From Marsupella aquatica (taxonomy: Eukaryota > Plantae > Marchantiophyta): a DNA stretch of 64,000 nucleotides. Position numbers and translations under genes: made by a program. The DNA is taken from assembly GCA_973895155.1 (NCBI GenBank), contig OZ316893.1:27290210-27354209 (forward strand), in the 5' to 3' direction. This document shows positions 27,167 to 37,865 of the stretch, piece by piece. Position 1 is the first letter of the stretch. The number at the start of each line of letters is the position of its first letter. The notes beneath the pieces were generated by a model. The model made no database searches and was not told the origin of the DNA. It saw nothing but the letters and a program-made list of their open reading frames with translations.

Positions 27167-27589
27167 CTGACAAGTATAGCAATTGGAAGGCGATTAGTAA
27201 AAACTTCACCAAAACCATCATTGATAATCCCTACCTAAACATATTAAAAAGAATTGACAGAAAAATACCTTTATGAGACCCGGGCTTAGCAATGCCTTGA
27301 CGGATCTTGTGGCTCAAATTTCATGAACCAAATCTGGAAGGAGGGGAAAATCTGCCAATATACAATGAATTAAGCCATGCCTTATGGTGAACCAGAAAAA
27401 AAGGATGATAGATTGTAACCCTCCATATTTACAGCAATGACTAGAAATGCATGAGAAAATGTTATACCTTTCAGATGCCCGGGCTCTCGCAAGGCATTAT
27501 CATGCATTAGCCAAAACTTTAAAAAACATGGGGAAGTGCCCTACAACGCCAAAGAGTTTTCCTCTCCATGTTAATGAGATAGACAAAGA

Positions 27590-28430
27590 AATATAAGTAA
27601 CCCAAACCCTACCCTAAACCCAAACCATGAAATGAAACCCTTCATTAAAACCTAACCCAAATCCCTCAATCACCCTAAACCCTTACCCTTATCCTAACCA
27701 ATACCCAAATCCCTCATTAAAAATTCAAACCTTTACTCTAAACCCAAACCCCTACCCTAAACCCAAACCATGAAATGAAACCCTTCATTAAAACCTAACC
27801 CAAATCCCTCAAGCACCCTAAACCCTTACCCTTATCCTAACCAATACCCAAATCCCTCATTAAAATTTCAAACCTTTACCCTAAACCCAACCCAAATCCC
27901 CCAATTACATATAAAACTCTTACCCTATCTACACCTTACTTTACCTATATAGGCCAACCCCCACCCCTATAGTTATTCTAAACTTCACCCTTACCCCTAA
28001 ATTGAGGCCCTTTTTTAAAACTTAAGCAAAAATTGTACCCCCTCAATTAGAACCAAATCCAACCCTATATCATGTTACACCCCAACCCAAACACTTACAT
28101 TAGAAACCCAACCCCTTTAAAAAAACCACAATTAAACCCCCCAACTAAAAACCAAACCCAATCCCTTTAAAAAACAACCACAATTCAACCCCTCAACTAA
28201 AACCAAACCCAACCCCTGTAATTACTCACAACCTAATGCAAACCTCTACCTTGAACCCTAAGCCAAACCCATTAATTTAAACCCAACCCTTTTATTCCAA
28301 CCTAACCCAAGTTTTAACCCCCTTAATTAAACCAAATACTCCTAGATTAAAACCAAATATAAACCTAACCTTTAATTAAACCCAAACCTTTGTTAACTTA
28401 TATTCTAGTTATCCTTACAACCCAAACATC
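27590..28430 (+). repeat. Degenerate AAACCCT/CCCTAA-rich tract with a ~143-bp tandem duplication, between the divergent CACTA-1 genes
   Basis: Repeated CCCTAAACCC, AAACCTAACCC and AAACCCAACCC. Segments ~27607-27746 and ~27750-27890 are near-identical. Confidence 0.8.
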
Positions 28431-28887
28431 CATTGACACCCCTTCCATGTTAACTTATGGGCACTTAACATACCTTAAATGTCGTTTGACAAACCTTAAT
28501 AGCCGTTTGACACCCCAAAGTGTTTTCCAACCCTAAACCGATAAGACCTGCCTCGCAAATTATTTCACAAGTTAGAGAATATTTTTGCGAACCTACGACC
28601 TTCGCACTTGCTTCGCAAAAACAGAGGCCGAGAACAATTTTTTGGGTCTTCTGCGGGTTGCGATGGCTTTGCGAAGGGAATAGATTCGGAAGTGCCTCGC
28701 AAGTTGCGAGACTATTTGCGAGGGCGCGGGCTTCGTAGTTTCCCATGCGTATGTCATTGCAAACCCGTTTTTGAACGGCGTAAACATCGGCGGGAGCTCG
28801 CATTCGGGCTCATTTCAGTTTTTGAGCGAGACGAGAAGGGCCGGGGCGCGCGCAACAGTACGAGGGAGACTGTGAGAGAGGGGAGCT

Positions 28888-30933
28888 ATGGCTACCGGTG
28901 AGGGGAGTGGAGGGCAAGGTGGTAGTGGTAGTGGTAGTGGCAATGGGGGAAATCCAGAGAAAGAGAAGAATGCCTGGGCAGACTTAGTGGCCCAACATCT
29001 CAGTGCTGCACAATTGGGAGAAGTGAATCTCAATTCTCCAGCAGGGCTTGCCTCTTTGAGTGCCATTCTTGGACAGGTTTTGCAAACTGGGATTGTAGCA
29101 GGACAAGCTACTAGAGAGGGGGAGGAGAGGGCCGCAGCTGAAGAGAAGGCTAGAGAGAAAAAAAGGAAGAGAGAGGAAAGAACTAAGTCGGGAGTTGCCT
29201 CTCCTCAAGCCCTAGAGAAGCAGAAGAGAAGAGAGGAGAGAGATTCAATTCGAAAACAGAGGGAGGAGCAACGTCAGAAAGAGGAAGCAAGAAAAAAACT
29301 TCCATTCATTGCCTTGGAGACGAGTGGGACTCCAACTGAGCTAGCATATGCAGGGGCGAAGAGCACAATCAAGCAGATTATCACAAGCAATTTCTCACGA
29401 GGCATGCAGTGGGGGAAGATTGAGAAGGCAGAGCGAAAGAGGGTCATCAACCAAATCAAGGATGCATTTCGCAATGGGCCTGACATAGATGAGCAATGGT
29501 TGGCAGATAAGATTTCAAATTCTATGTCTCAAATGCGATACCATGACAGGATGAAGATTAGAGCCCACCTGAAAGACTTGAGATCATACAGGAACTTGCG
29601 CAGACCCCTCCACTTCACCGAGGACATCTAGAATTCGTTTTACAAGATTGAGGTGCAAATTAAGGCAGCTCACGAGTTGGAAGAGTGGAAGGGCAATCTA
29701 GATCGAGCCTTGAAAGCAAAGGAGGCCGGGAAGCTCCCCCTGACCACGACCTGAAGCCACTTGAGCAGAAGGTAGCTGAGATGCAGAAGGTGGCCGACCA
29801 GGAGGGAAAGCCACCCAAAGCGTTTCACAGATGCAGCCAAACGAGTGAAATCCACCCCCAATCCAGTCCACAAGTTGGGTCAAGGCGGGCTCCCCGGCCT
29901 CAAGTCACACTTTGTGAGTGCCTCTTGCTCCTCCCTAACCTCTCTATTCCTTTCAGAGTTGTGCAATGCAAGTGAATGACATCCCCGAAGGTTCTTGCTG
30001 TTGTGCATGCTTGCTTGGTTACTAGTTTAGGGCAACTCTGACACTTAGAATTTCTGGCAAATTTTTAAAAACTCTCGGGAACACAGTTTGCGAAGGTGTT
30101 GCGATGCGTATTTGTTCGCAAACCCCTCGCAAAGTCTATCATAGACTTTTTCCATTTCAATTTTCCGATGCCTTTGCGAACAAATTCGCATCGCAAACTC
30201 CATCACAACGCCTTCGCAAAAAAAGGTGGTTCGCAAGTTGCTATGCTTATAGGTTCGCAAATTTGAATTTTAAAATTTTTTTGGGTCATGTTTAGTAGTT
30301 GAGGATTTAGGCGTCACTTGTGGCTATAGGGTATGCTTAAGGGCAAATTTAACCAATTTTAATTGGTTTTATGCATGGCAGTATCGGAGGTACAAAAGGA
30401 AGATATCAAAAAAGCATATTGAGGTGGCGATAGAGCATGGACGAAAGTACCTCTTTGCGATGGTAGATGCCGAGTTGGCTACTGTAAGTGTCTAAGTGTG
30501 AACCATATGATTAGCATGCGAACATTGTGAGTGACCCTTTATGTCTTGCGGAAACTAATGATATGTAATGGATGCAGGATTCAGATGAGCCTGAGGGGTC
30601 GGGTGCTGATGTGACCAGTAGTGATGACGATGAGGGGGCTACTCCTGGTACTAGTGGTGCTCGGGGGGGAGTAGTCGTGAGGTAGGTTCTTCCCACCGTG
30701 GTAGTGGTGGTAGTCGTGTGTCATCAGCACACGTTGATGACCAAGGGGAGGAGGAGGACCCTGAGGATGAGGAGGAGGAGCAGGAGGGGCAGGAGGAGCC
30801 AGAGGAGCAGCAGGAGCAGGAGCAGGAGCGCCGACGGCCATCACGCACCCGTCACCAACAGGATCCCCGGAAGGATAAGGGCAAGAAGCCAGCCAAGAAG
30901 CCAACCAAGAGGAGCCGCAAGAGCCCATTCTAG
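28888..30933 (+). pseudogene. CACTA TnpA-like protein; exons ~28888-29913, 30382-30483, 30578-30933
   Basis: Coiled-coil and helical region followed by the motif VHKLGQGG. Premature TAG at 29629-29631 plus frameshifts. The short middle exon resembles those of CACTA-2 and CACTA-3. Confidence 0.7.
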
Positions 30934-32179
30934 TTATTTTGTAGAGATACATGCATGAGAGTGACTTGTCATGCCGGAGCTTAGGGTAGGAAGAGGCAAC
31001 ATAGGTTTAGAAGGGCGGACCTAGCATCAGATATTTCCCCCCTCTTGTCCATGTATAGGGTTCTTTGAAGCCCTATCATTTTGTTCATGCTTTTCCATTT
31101 TATAAAACAACAATTTTGCCTTCCACATTGGGTTCCAAGGAAAACCCCTCGCAAATAATGTATTGAATCCTGTGTGATCATTTTTGCGAACCCTTTAAGA
31201 ACTCATTCCCATCGCACAATATCAACCCCAAGGCGTCGCACTTTTTGAGTCAATTAACTTCAGAACTTCAGATCCAAATATGTCGGGTTTTTGTGATACT
31301 TCTAGGATCGCACTTTCCTAATCGCAACCGTTCACAAACTTATGAAATCACCGGTATCGCTCTTTGTCATACAATCCCCATCAAAACAATTGAACCAGTA
31401 TCAATCGCAAATATGATGCGATGGTAAATCCGTCTCAAATATTGACGCCCGCGCGGGACGTGTGCGTGTATGTTTGCGAACCTTATGCGACGTATAATGG
31501 ATCACAGAAGTATTGAATATTGCGAACCTCTCAGCTTCTCAGTTTGCCATGATGTTGCAATGCCGTTGCGATGGTCCGCGTGCGAAGTTATTAGGTTCGC
31601 AAAGTGCGAAGGGGGTGCGATGCGCGTATGTTCGCAATAGCCAGAATTATGAAAATCAGGGGCTTGTTAGTTGCGATGAGATTGTCTTCGCAAAACCGGC
31701 CGATAGTGTTGTAGTGAATTAGCTCCCTTGCGCCAAGTCAAAGCCTCTATTTCTAAATTGATTTTCAGCAATCCATGGAATTCAGAGTTCCTGTCCAAGC
31801 TCTATTGCCAACTTGGAATGAGTTGGACTGCCACCCGAACATGAGCTTTTAGTATGATCAACATGCGCAGCGACTGCAGTTCAGGCATTTCTCTCACTTA
31901 AATGTGTTCACTTTTGGTAAGTTCCTTCCCCAGTTCCTTCTCACTTCAACATCTGGAGTGCTAAGCCATCATTCAATGGATCCTTACAAGCAGGACAAGC
32001 TCTCATAAATCTGCTTGCAAAAGAGGGGGGAGATACAGACATGGATTCTTTAAGAGCTCTCGACACTAGCTCACATGATCAAGGACAAAGGAGCTGGCTT
32101 GATGAGGAGAAAGCTGGCTAACAAATGAAGCTATGGGTAAGCAAGGTATTGCACAACAAACATTGGCATGGACTGTCAA

Positions 32180-33260
32180 AAGAGCAGCGAGGTACAGAGT
32201 AGCGACAGAGCAACGAGGTACAAAGCAGTGAGCAACAGAGCAGCGAGCAATAGAGCAGAGCAACGAGCAATAGAGCAACAAAGCAACGAGCAATAGAGCA
32301 TAGCAGCGAGCAATAGAGCAGAGCAACGAGCAATAGAGCAGAGCAGCAAGAAATAGAGCAGAGTAGCGAGCAATAGAGCAGACTAACGATGAGATGCATG
32401 GCACGAGAGGTTTCTTTGCGGAGCGTAAGGTGGCAACAAGTAAACTGAAAAGCATACAGACAAATGAGCATTGCCCTTAACATCACGAGTGCAATTTATA
32501 CAAAAAGTAGGACACACAGCATAGGCAATTCGAAAGCACTAAGAGCAATGGATAGAAAACTCCACCAAAAGTAGGTTTGCCCGATGATAGCAACTCGACC
32601 ACACGTTTGCCGATGATAGCAGCTCAATCACAGGTTCGATCGATCATAGGTTTGCCGGTCACAACAGCTCCATCATTCCCAATCTAGGTTTACCAATCAC
32701 AGTAGCTCCATCAAAAGCTGCAGCACCCCAATCATAGCAGCTCAATCAAAAGTTGCAGCCCCACCCTCGATCACAGCTCCTCAGTCAATTGAAATTTGCA
32801 GCCCCACCCCCGACCCAGCTCCAGCTCAACAAAAAGTTCCCCCGGTCACAGCAGCAGCTCGATCAACAATCGTCCCCCCGATCAATCTCAGCCTTGCTCA
32901 ATCTTGTCCCCCAATCAGGTACAGCAGCTCAATCAAAAGCTGCAGCCCCGATCATAGCAGCTCAATTGAAAGTTGCAGCCTGCCCCCGATCACAGCTCCT
33001 CAATGTAAAGTTGCAGCCCCGCCCCCGATCAAGCTGCAGCTCAATGTAAAGTCGCAGCCCCGCCCCCGATCAAGCTGCAGCTCAATATAAAGCCCTGCAG
33101 CATGCATGCAAATCCTTCGGAAAAGTATCAAAGCAACATTGAGCCCAAACAGCAAAGCTCCCCGATCACAGCAATTAGTGCCCCCCGATCACAGCAGCTC
33201 CATCCACAGTCATCTGGCCCTCGATCAATCTTCAACCTGCTCAATCAGTGCATCGCAGCG
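32180..33260. repeat. Internal repeats of the P-like element: GAGCAATAGAGCA-type minisatellite (32180-32380) and CCCGATCACAGCAGCTC motif array (32580-33260)
   Basis: The repeated motifs are directly visible. They account for the low-complexity ORFs in this interval. Confidence 0.8.
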
Positions 33261-34779
33261 CCCTGCAGCATGCATGCATGCATTTCCTTTCGAAAAGTAT
33301 CGAGGCAGCGTTTAGCCCCTACCCTCGCAACTCACCCTCTCAATTTTTGCCCAAAACGCTGCAAGACGTTCACAAACTTCTCAAAATGGCCAGGGCAAAC
33401 CATAGCCGACCGATGGCCCAACAAATGGATGGTTGGATCATCGTTGCTCGATTTTACCCTAAATCAGGCCCTGCATGGCCGCCGCAAGTCTCGCTGCAAG
33501 TAACAAAGAATGGACTGTCTTACCAATGTATGGCCACATGATGTTGACACAAACGGCACTAACCTGGATCGATGGCCCTAAATGGCTCTCGACCTGCGCG
33601 CCTGACCCTTGCTCTTCCCCCCTCATAGATGACCTCCCGCTCACACCCATAATTTAAATTTTGACCCAAATTGGCCATGGAGTACACATGGTCCCCCACA
33701 TGGTGCCCCTAAACCAAGTTATGAAAGGAATTGCCACGTGGACCAATAAAAGATTGACACGTATACCCCATATATATTGTTGGCTAATACCCCTATCTTA
33801 TACTAACAACTTATATTGAAGAGCAAGGTTTTTTTGCAACCCTACTATACTTCTAAGTTGCGGGATTTAATTTTAAACCCCTATAGTTCTTCCACAAAAC
33901 TTCTTAAGTATTCTAGAAAATTGAATTAAAAAACCCTATACTTATTCGCGCGTGATGGGTCGGAAGTTATTAAGTGAGGACCCCGGGGGGTCCGATACTT
34001 GGATAGTCGGATAATTTGAATTTTTATTGGTAATCCTTGGTAGATTTGTTAGTAGGATCCAAAGGCCATTGTACATGTATTTGGGGGTGTGAGGATGTGG
34101 GACTACTTGGGGTGTGATAGGGAGGGACTAATGGGGGACAATTTGATGTTGGGGCCATTTTGTGTGGGGTGTAGGAGCGTGAGCATGGGCGGCCAATCTT
34201 ACCAGACGAGAGGGAACTGTTGGCTAAGAAGCACGGACCGCAAGCTCTCAAGATTCACATGGAGGAGGAGTTGGGTTTGGTATGGACAATCCTCTGAATG
34301 CAATGTCTTAATTGGTTGATGAAAATTCTGTGGTAAGATGGAGCATACACTAACTGGATTGCTAGTTGGATATATGTAGGGCTCAGAGGAGGGCTCAGGG
34401 GCGAACAATTCAGATGCAGAGTTGTTGGGCCCAGAGTCAGGAGGCAATTGTGGCCGCACCCACATCTTGCCAGTCTGGAGCAGTTAGGGATGGTGTTAGT
34501 GGTCCTCGCCACTCGACTCGACGGGGTGAGGATCATGGTGTTCCAGCGTCACAAAGTAGGGCCGGCAAAGGTGGTGCTAGTCAGGCTCCTATATAGCGCA
34601 CACCAGTCGAGAGCCATAGGGGTTGGTTCTAGTGGCCGACGCCAATCAGGGGTTGGTGGTAGAGCTGACACTCAAGGCCCGCGACATGTTGTTGCACGAC
34701 ATGCTGTTGGTGGGTCTCGCCGATTAGAGCCCCATGGGGAAGGGTGTTCTAGAGGCTCTCAGCAGTTAGGCGTAGTTGG

Positions 34780-35410
34780 GAGTGGCTCTGGAGGCTCTGG
34801 CCACTCTGGCCGCACTGGGGGTGGCCAGGTTGGAGGGAGTGCAGCTGACGGTGGAGGGTCTCGGCACTCTGGCCGCACTGGGGGCGGCCAGTCTGGAGGG
34901 AGTGCAGGCGGTGGTGGTGGAGTCTCTCACCACGGAGGCATCACTGGGAGTGGTCGACATGCCCTTGGCCAGTCTGGAGGGAGTGTAGGCGGTGGTGGTG
35001 GAGTCTCTCACCACGGAGGCAGCACTGGGAGTGGTCAACATGCCCTTGGCTAGTCTGCAGGGAGTGCAGGTGGTGGTGGTGGAGTCTTTCACCACGGAGG
35101 AAGCACTGGGAGTGGTCGACATGCCCTTGGCCAGTCTGGAGGGAGTGCAGGCGGTGGTGGTGGAGTCTCTCACCATGGAGGCAGCACTAGGGGTGGTCGA
35201 CATGCCCCTGGCCAGTCTGGAGGGAGTGCAGGTAGTGGTGGTGGTGTCTCTCAGCATGCGGGCAGCACTGGGGGTGGTTGACATGCCCCTGGCCAGTCTG
35301 GAGGGAGTGCAGGCAGTGGTGGCGGTGTCTCTCAGCATGTAGGCAGCATTGGGGGTGGTGGACGTGCCTCTGGCACGTCTGGAGGGAGTGGTGGTGGGGT
35401 CTCTCACCAC
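34780..35410 (+). repeat. 81-bp coding minisatellite (Gly-rich 27-aa unit GQSGGSAGGGGGVSHHGGSTGSGRHAL)
   Basis: GCCAGTCTGGAGGGAGTG recurs at 81-bp spacing (e.g. 34887, 34968). One unit carries a TAG. Confidence 0.9.
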
Positions 35411-35912
35411 TCAGGTCCTCCAGCGGCTAGTCATGGTGCCCCTAGCCAATCCTCAGGGGGGTCACTATATGAAGGGTCATACATCACGTGCGACGGTTTG
35501 GGTCATTTATGACCCCTCTAAGTCACTTTCTATAAAGTTGTACGGCACCAATCATGTGATGACATGTATGCATTTTGCAATTAAATAACCCTATATTTCC
35601 ATAGAAGACTTATTAATAAGTCTTCTTCCAAAACCATTTAAATGGCCCTATACTTCGTCGCACATGATATGCCACTTCCATGGAAGTGACCCCCCCGAGA
35701 GCCAGTCAGGAGGGAGTGGTGGTGGTGGTGGTGGTGGTGAGTCACGATGTTCTACTGCCGATGGGACTAGTGGGGGGGGGTCCTGCAGCTTCCTTTCATA
35801 CTTGCCAAGGTAGCGAAGAGGGTGTGCCCTCTCATGGCTCAGGGGCTTCCCATGGTGGTGGTGGTGGAGTTGGTCCACTTCCTCATGTTGCCTCTACACT
35901 TGGGACAGACGA

Positions 35913-37299
35913 TGTCGTATAGTGCTAAGTATCAAAAGTGACTCTCCTCACCTAAAACCAGGGTTTCGATCCCTTTAAGAACAGATTTCAGAATGAATTG
36001 TATAACTTTTATCACTCCGAGTGATTTAGAGTCTTGAGCTCTATGTTGACTTCACTTCTCAATAAAAAAATCGAATAAACAAACAACAAAGTAACTGAAC
36101 TTCTGATTTATGAATTAGAGAAGAAATGAGTAAGGATTTAGAGACTACAAGCTACTGCCACTCCTTCAGAAAGGATTTGGGCTCAGTATAGACATGAAAT
36201 CTATCTCATAATTCATCCATCTCACTCTTCAAAACACAAAGGTTAATGATAATGGAATTCTCAATCTGATGAAGCAGAAGCTTTCTGATTGCAAATGAAT
36301 GATATGATTTAAAATGCCGTCAACATGGTTTGACATCAGCGATACGCAATTCAGTCAAACTCTAAACCATATTCCAGAATCAAAGCAACAGTACTAACTA
36401 CTCTGAGAATCAGAATTTACTTCTCATTTATCATTAACTATTCTTGAATTGGCTAGCGAATCCCGACTCTGCAAGCAAGCCTAGCAGTGAATTCAATACG
36501 AGTTTCAGAAATCTGCAACTGAATTCAATCACCACAGGAATCTCTTGAATTCAATCTTAACTTCAATCAATATAGCTTTACTTCCATACAAAACACTCAC
36601 AGCATGCCTTGTTACAATGGAAGGAGGAGAAAACTATTCAGAAGACTCAATTCTGAATACAGTATTAACTCTATTTCTCTCTACTTCAAATGAGCATTCT
36701 ACTCTGTCTTATAAGTGCTGGAATCCTAAAATGGAGGAGGTAAGAACAGTCGTGCCTTTCCAAGCTTAAAACTAAACAAGGGAGAAGCACAGCATAAGTA
36801 CTTCAACAAGGGTGGTAGAATACTACTTTACTAGTAATCTACTTCAAAAACTAAGTGTTGAGCGGACGCTGCTAGAAGCGTCAGGAGAATCTGGACGCTG
36901 CTAGAAGCGTCTTAAGTAAAACCAACGGACGCTGCTCACACTGCTCACAGCGTCAATACTAGGGTGGACGCTGCTCACAGCGTCGTGTGTTGAAGCTGAC
37001 GCTTTCCACAGCGTCGGTCGAAATCCTCATAGAGTCTTGGTGGCGGTCGGGCACTGCCAAAAGCGTCATGAGGAGGTTGGACGCTTCCGCAGCGTCTTGA
37101 GTAAAAGAAACGGGCGCTGGTCACAGCGTCGGGCAAAGTACACTAGGAATCGTCAGGAAAGCCGGAGATGTCAAATATTTCTATAAGTGTCCAGAACAAG
37201 TAAATGTTGGCCGGAAGGTGTCTAAAGTGTAAGTAAATCTTGTGATATGCTAAAAATAAACAAGTTTCCAGAAAAAATTGCAGGGACACCCATACCACA
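35913..37299 (-). repeat. 3' LTR
   Basis: TGTCGTATAG...CATACCACA; direct repeat of 40649-42035. A PPT-like AAGTGGAGGG lies adjacent on the minus strand at ~37303-37312. Confidence 0.95.
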
Positions 37300-37376
37300 T
37301 AGCCCTCCACTTAAATTTTGCCGTGTCCCCACAAGACATGACCGAATTGAATCAGAAGCGAGTGACATGTTCTTCA

Positions 37377-37853
37377 TTAATAATATTCTGGCTTAATAAT
37401 CCAAGTAGTGCTCAAAATCATTGACGGGAGTTGGGAGATATCCGAATCCAGAATATAAAAATCGAGGTCATGGAATTCTTCTCCGATCTGTATTGGGACT
37501 CCTTTAACTCTTCCCCAAAGATTAATGATTCGTCCATCGATTGATATCTGAGCAGATATCGGTTGTACTTCTTGATGAACAAATTGCTGGCACAGTCTGT
37601 GGGAGAGGAAATTAATTCGAGAGCCTGGATCAATAACAAAGTGTTGAATAGCATGTCCTCCCAGTTTGATCTTGCCTTCAAAGGAATGTTGGAAAGCACG
37701 GGGTAAAGAATTCCAACAATCCATAGTAGCTTTGATGTCCCACATGAGCAGATAAATATCAATTCGAAGGAGAAAGAAGGAAACAATTGCAGGATGCTGC
37801 AAAAGTAACGGCTTATATACATATAAATGACAACACCGTTTGATATCTCTCAT
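37377..37853 (-). CDS. Retropepsin-like (aspartic protease fold) ORF with a variant active-site motif
   Basis: FVIDPGSRINFLS...DFYIL...MILSTTWI matches the retropepsin pattern hhIDSGA..NFhS...hILG..Wh, with DPG in place of D[ST]G. Confidence 0.6.
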   Translation of the reverse strand: MRDIKRCCHLYVYKPLLLQHPAIVSFFLLRIDIYLLMWDIKATMDCWNSLPRAFQHSFEGKIKLGGHAIQHFVIDPGSRINFLSHRLCQQFVHQEVQPISAQISIDGRIINLWGRVKGVPIQIGEEFHDLDFYILDSDISQLPSMILSTTWIIKPEYY

Positions 37854-37865
37854 AAATGGTGTCCT

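Larger units (their letters stand above)
21827..31716. mobile_element. CACTA/EnSpm transposon CACTA-1 (9.9 kb, complete ends)
   Basis: TIRs CACTACTACATATTGGCCCCTTTTGCGAAG and (rc) CACTACAACACTATCGGCCGGTTTTGCGAAG. 3-bp TSD AAT on both sides. Divergent TnpD- and TnpA-like genes. TCGCA/TGCGA subterminal motifs. Confidence 0.95.
14935..33987 (-). mobile_element. P-element-superfamily-like DNA transposon (~9.2 kb net), interrupted by CACTA-1
   Basis: Left end CTCGGGGGCCTCA (14935). The right end read inward is CCCGGGGTCCTCA (33987). Both resemble the TIR of the TSD-flanked MITE at 60018-61017. The element encodes a P-type transposase. The flanking 8-mers do not match, so the boundaries rest on TIR similarity only. 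Confidence 0.6.

Noticed and set aside
32066-32486. Leu/Cys-rich ORFs
   Set aside because: Products of the GAGCA minisatellite.
33790-33830. Helitron-like 5' end (TCTTATACTAA)
   Set aside because: No Rep/helicase and no matching hairpin-CTRR end; it lies inside the P-like subterminal region.
34766-35410. 214-aa Thr-rich minus-strand ORF
   Set aside because: Antisense reading of the 81-bp repeat; splice and homology evidence favour the plus strand.
36545-36769. Duplicated 74-aa ORF (also 41281-41505)
   Set aside because: It lies within the LTRs; the duplication only reflects LTR identity.
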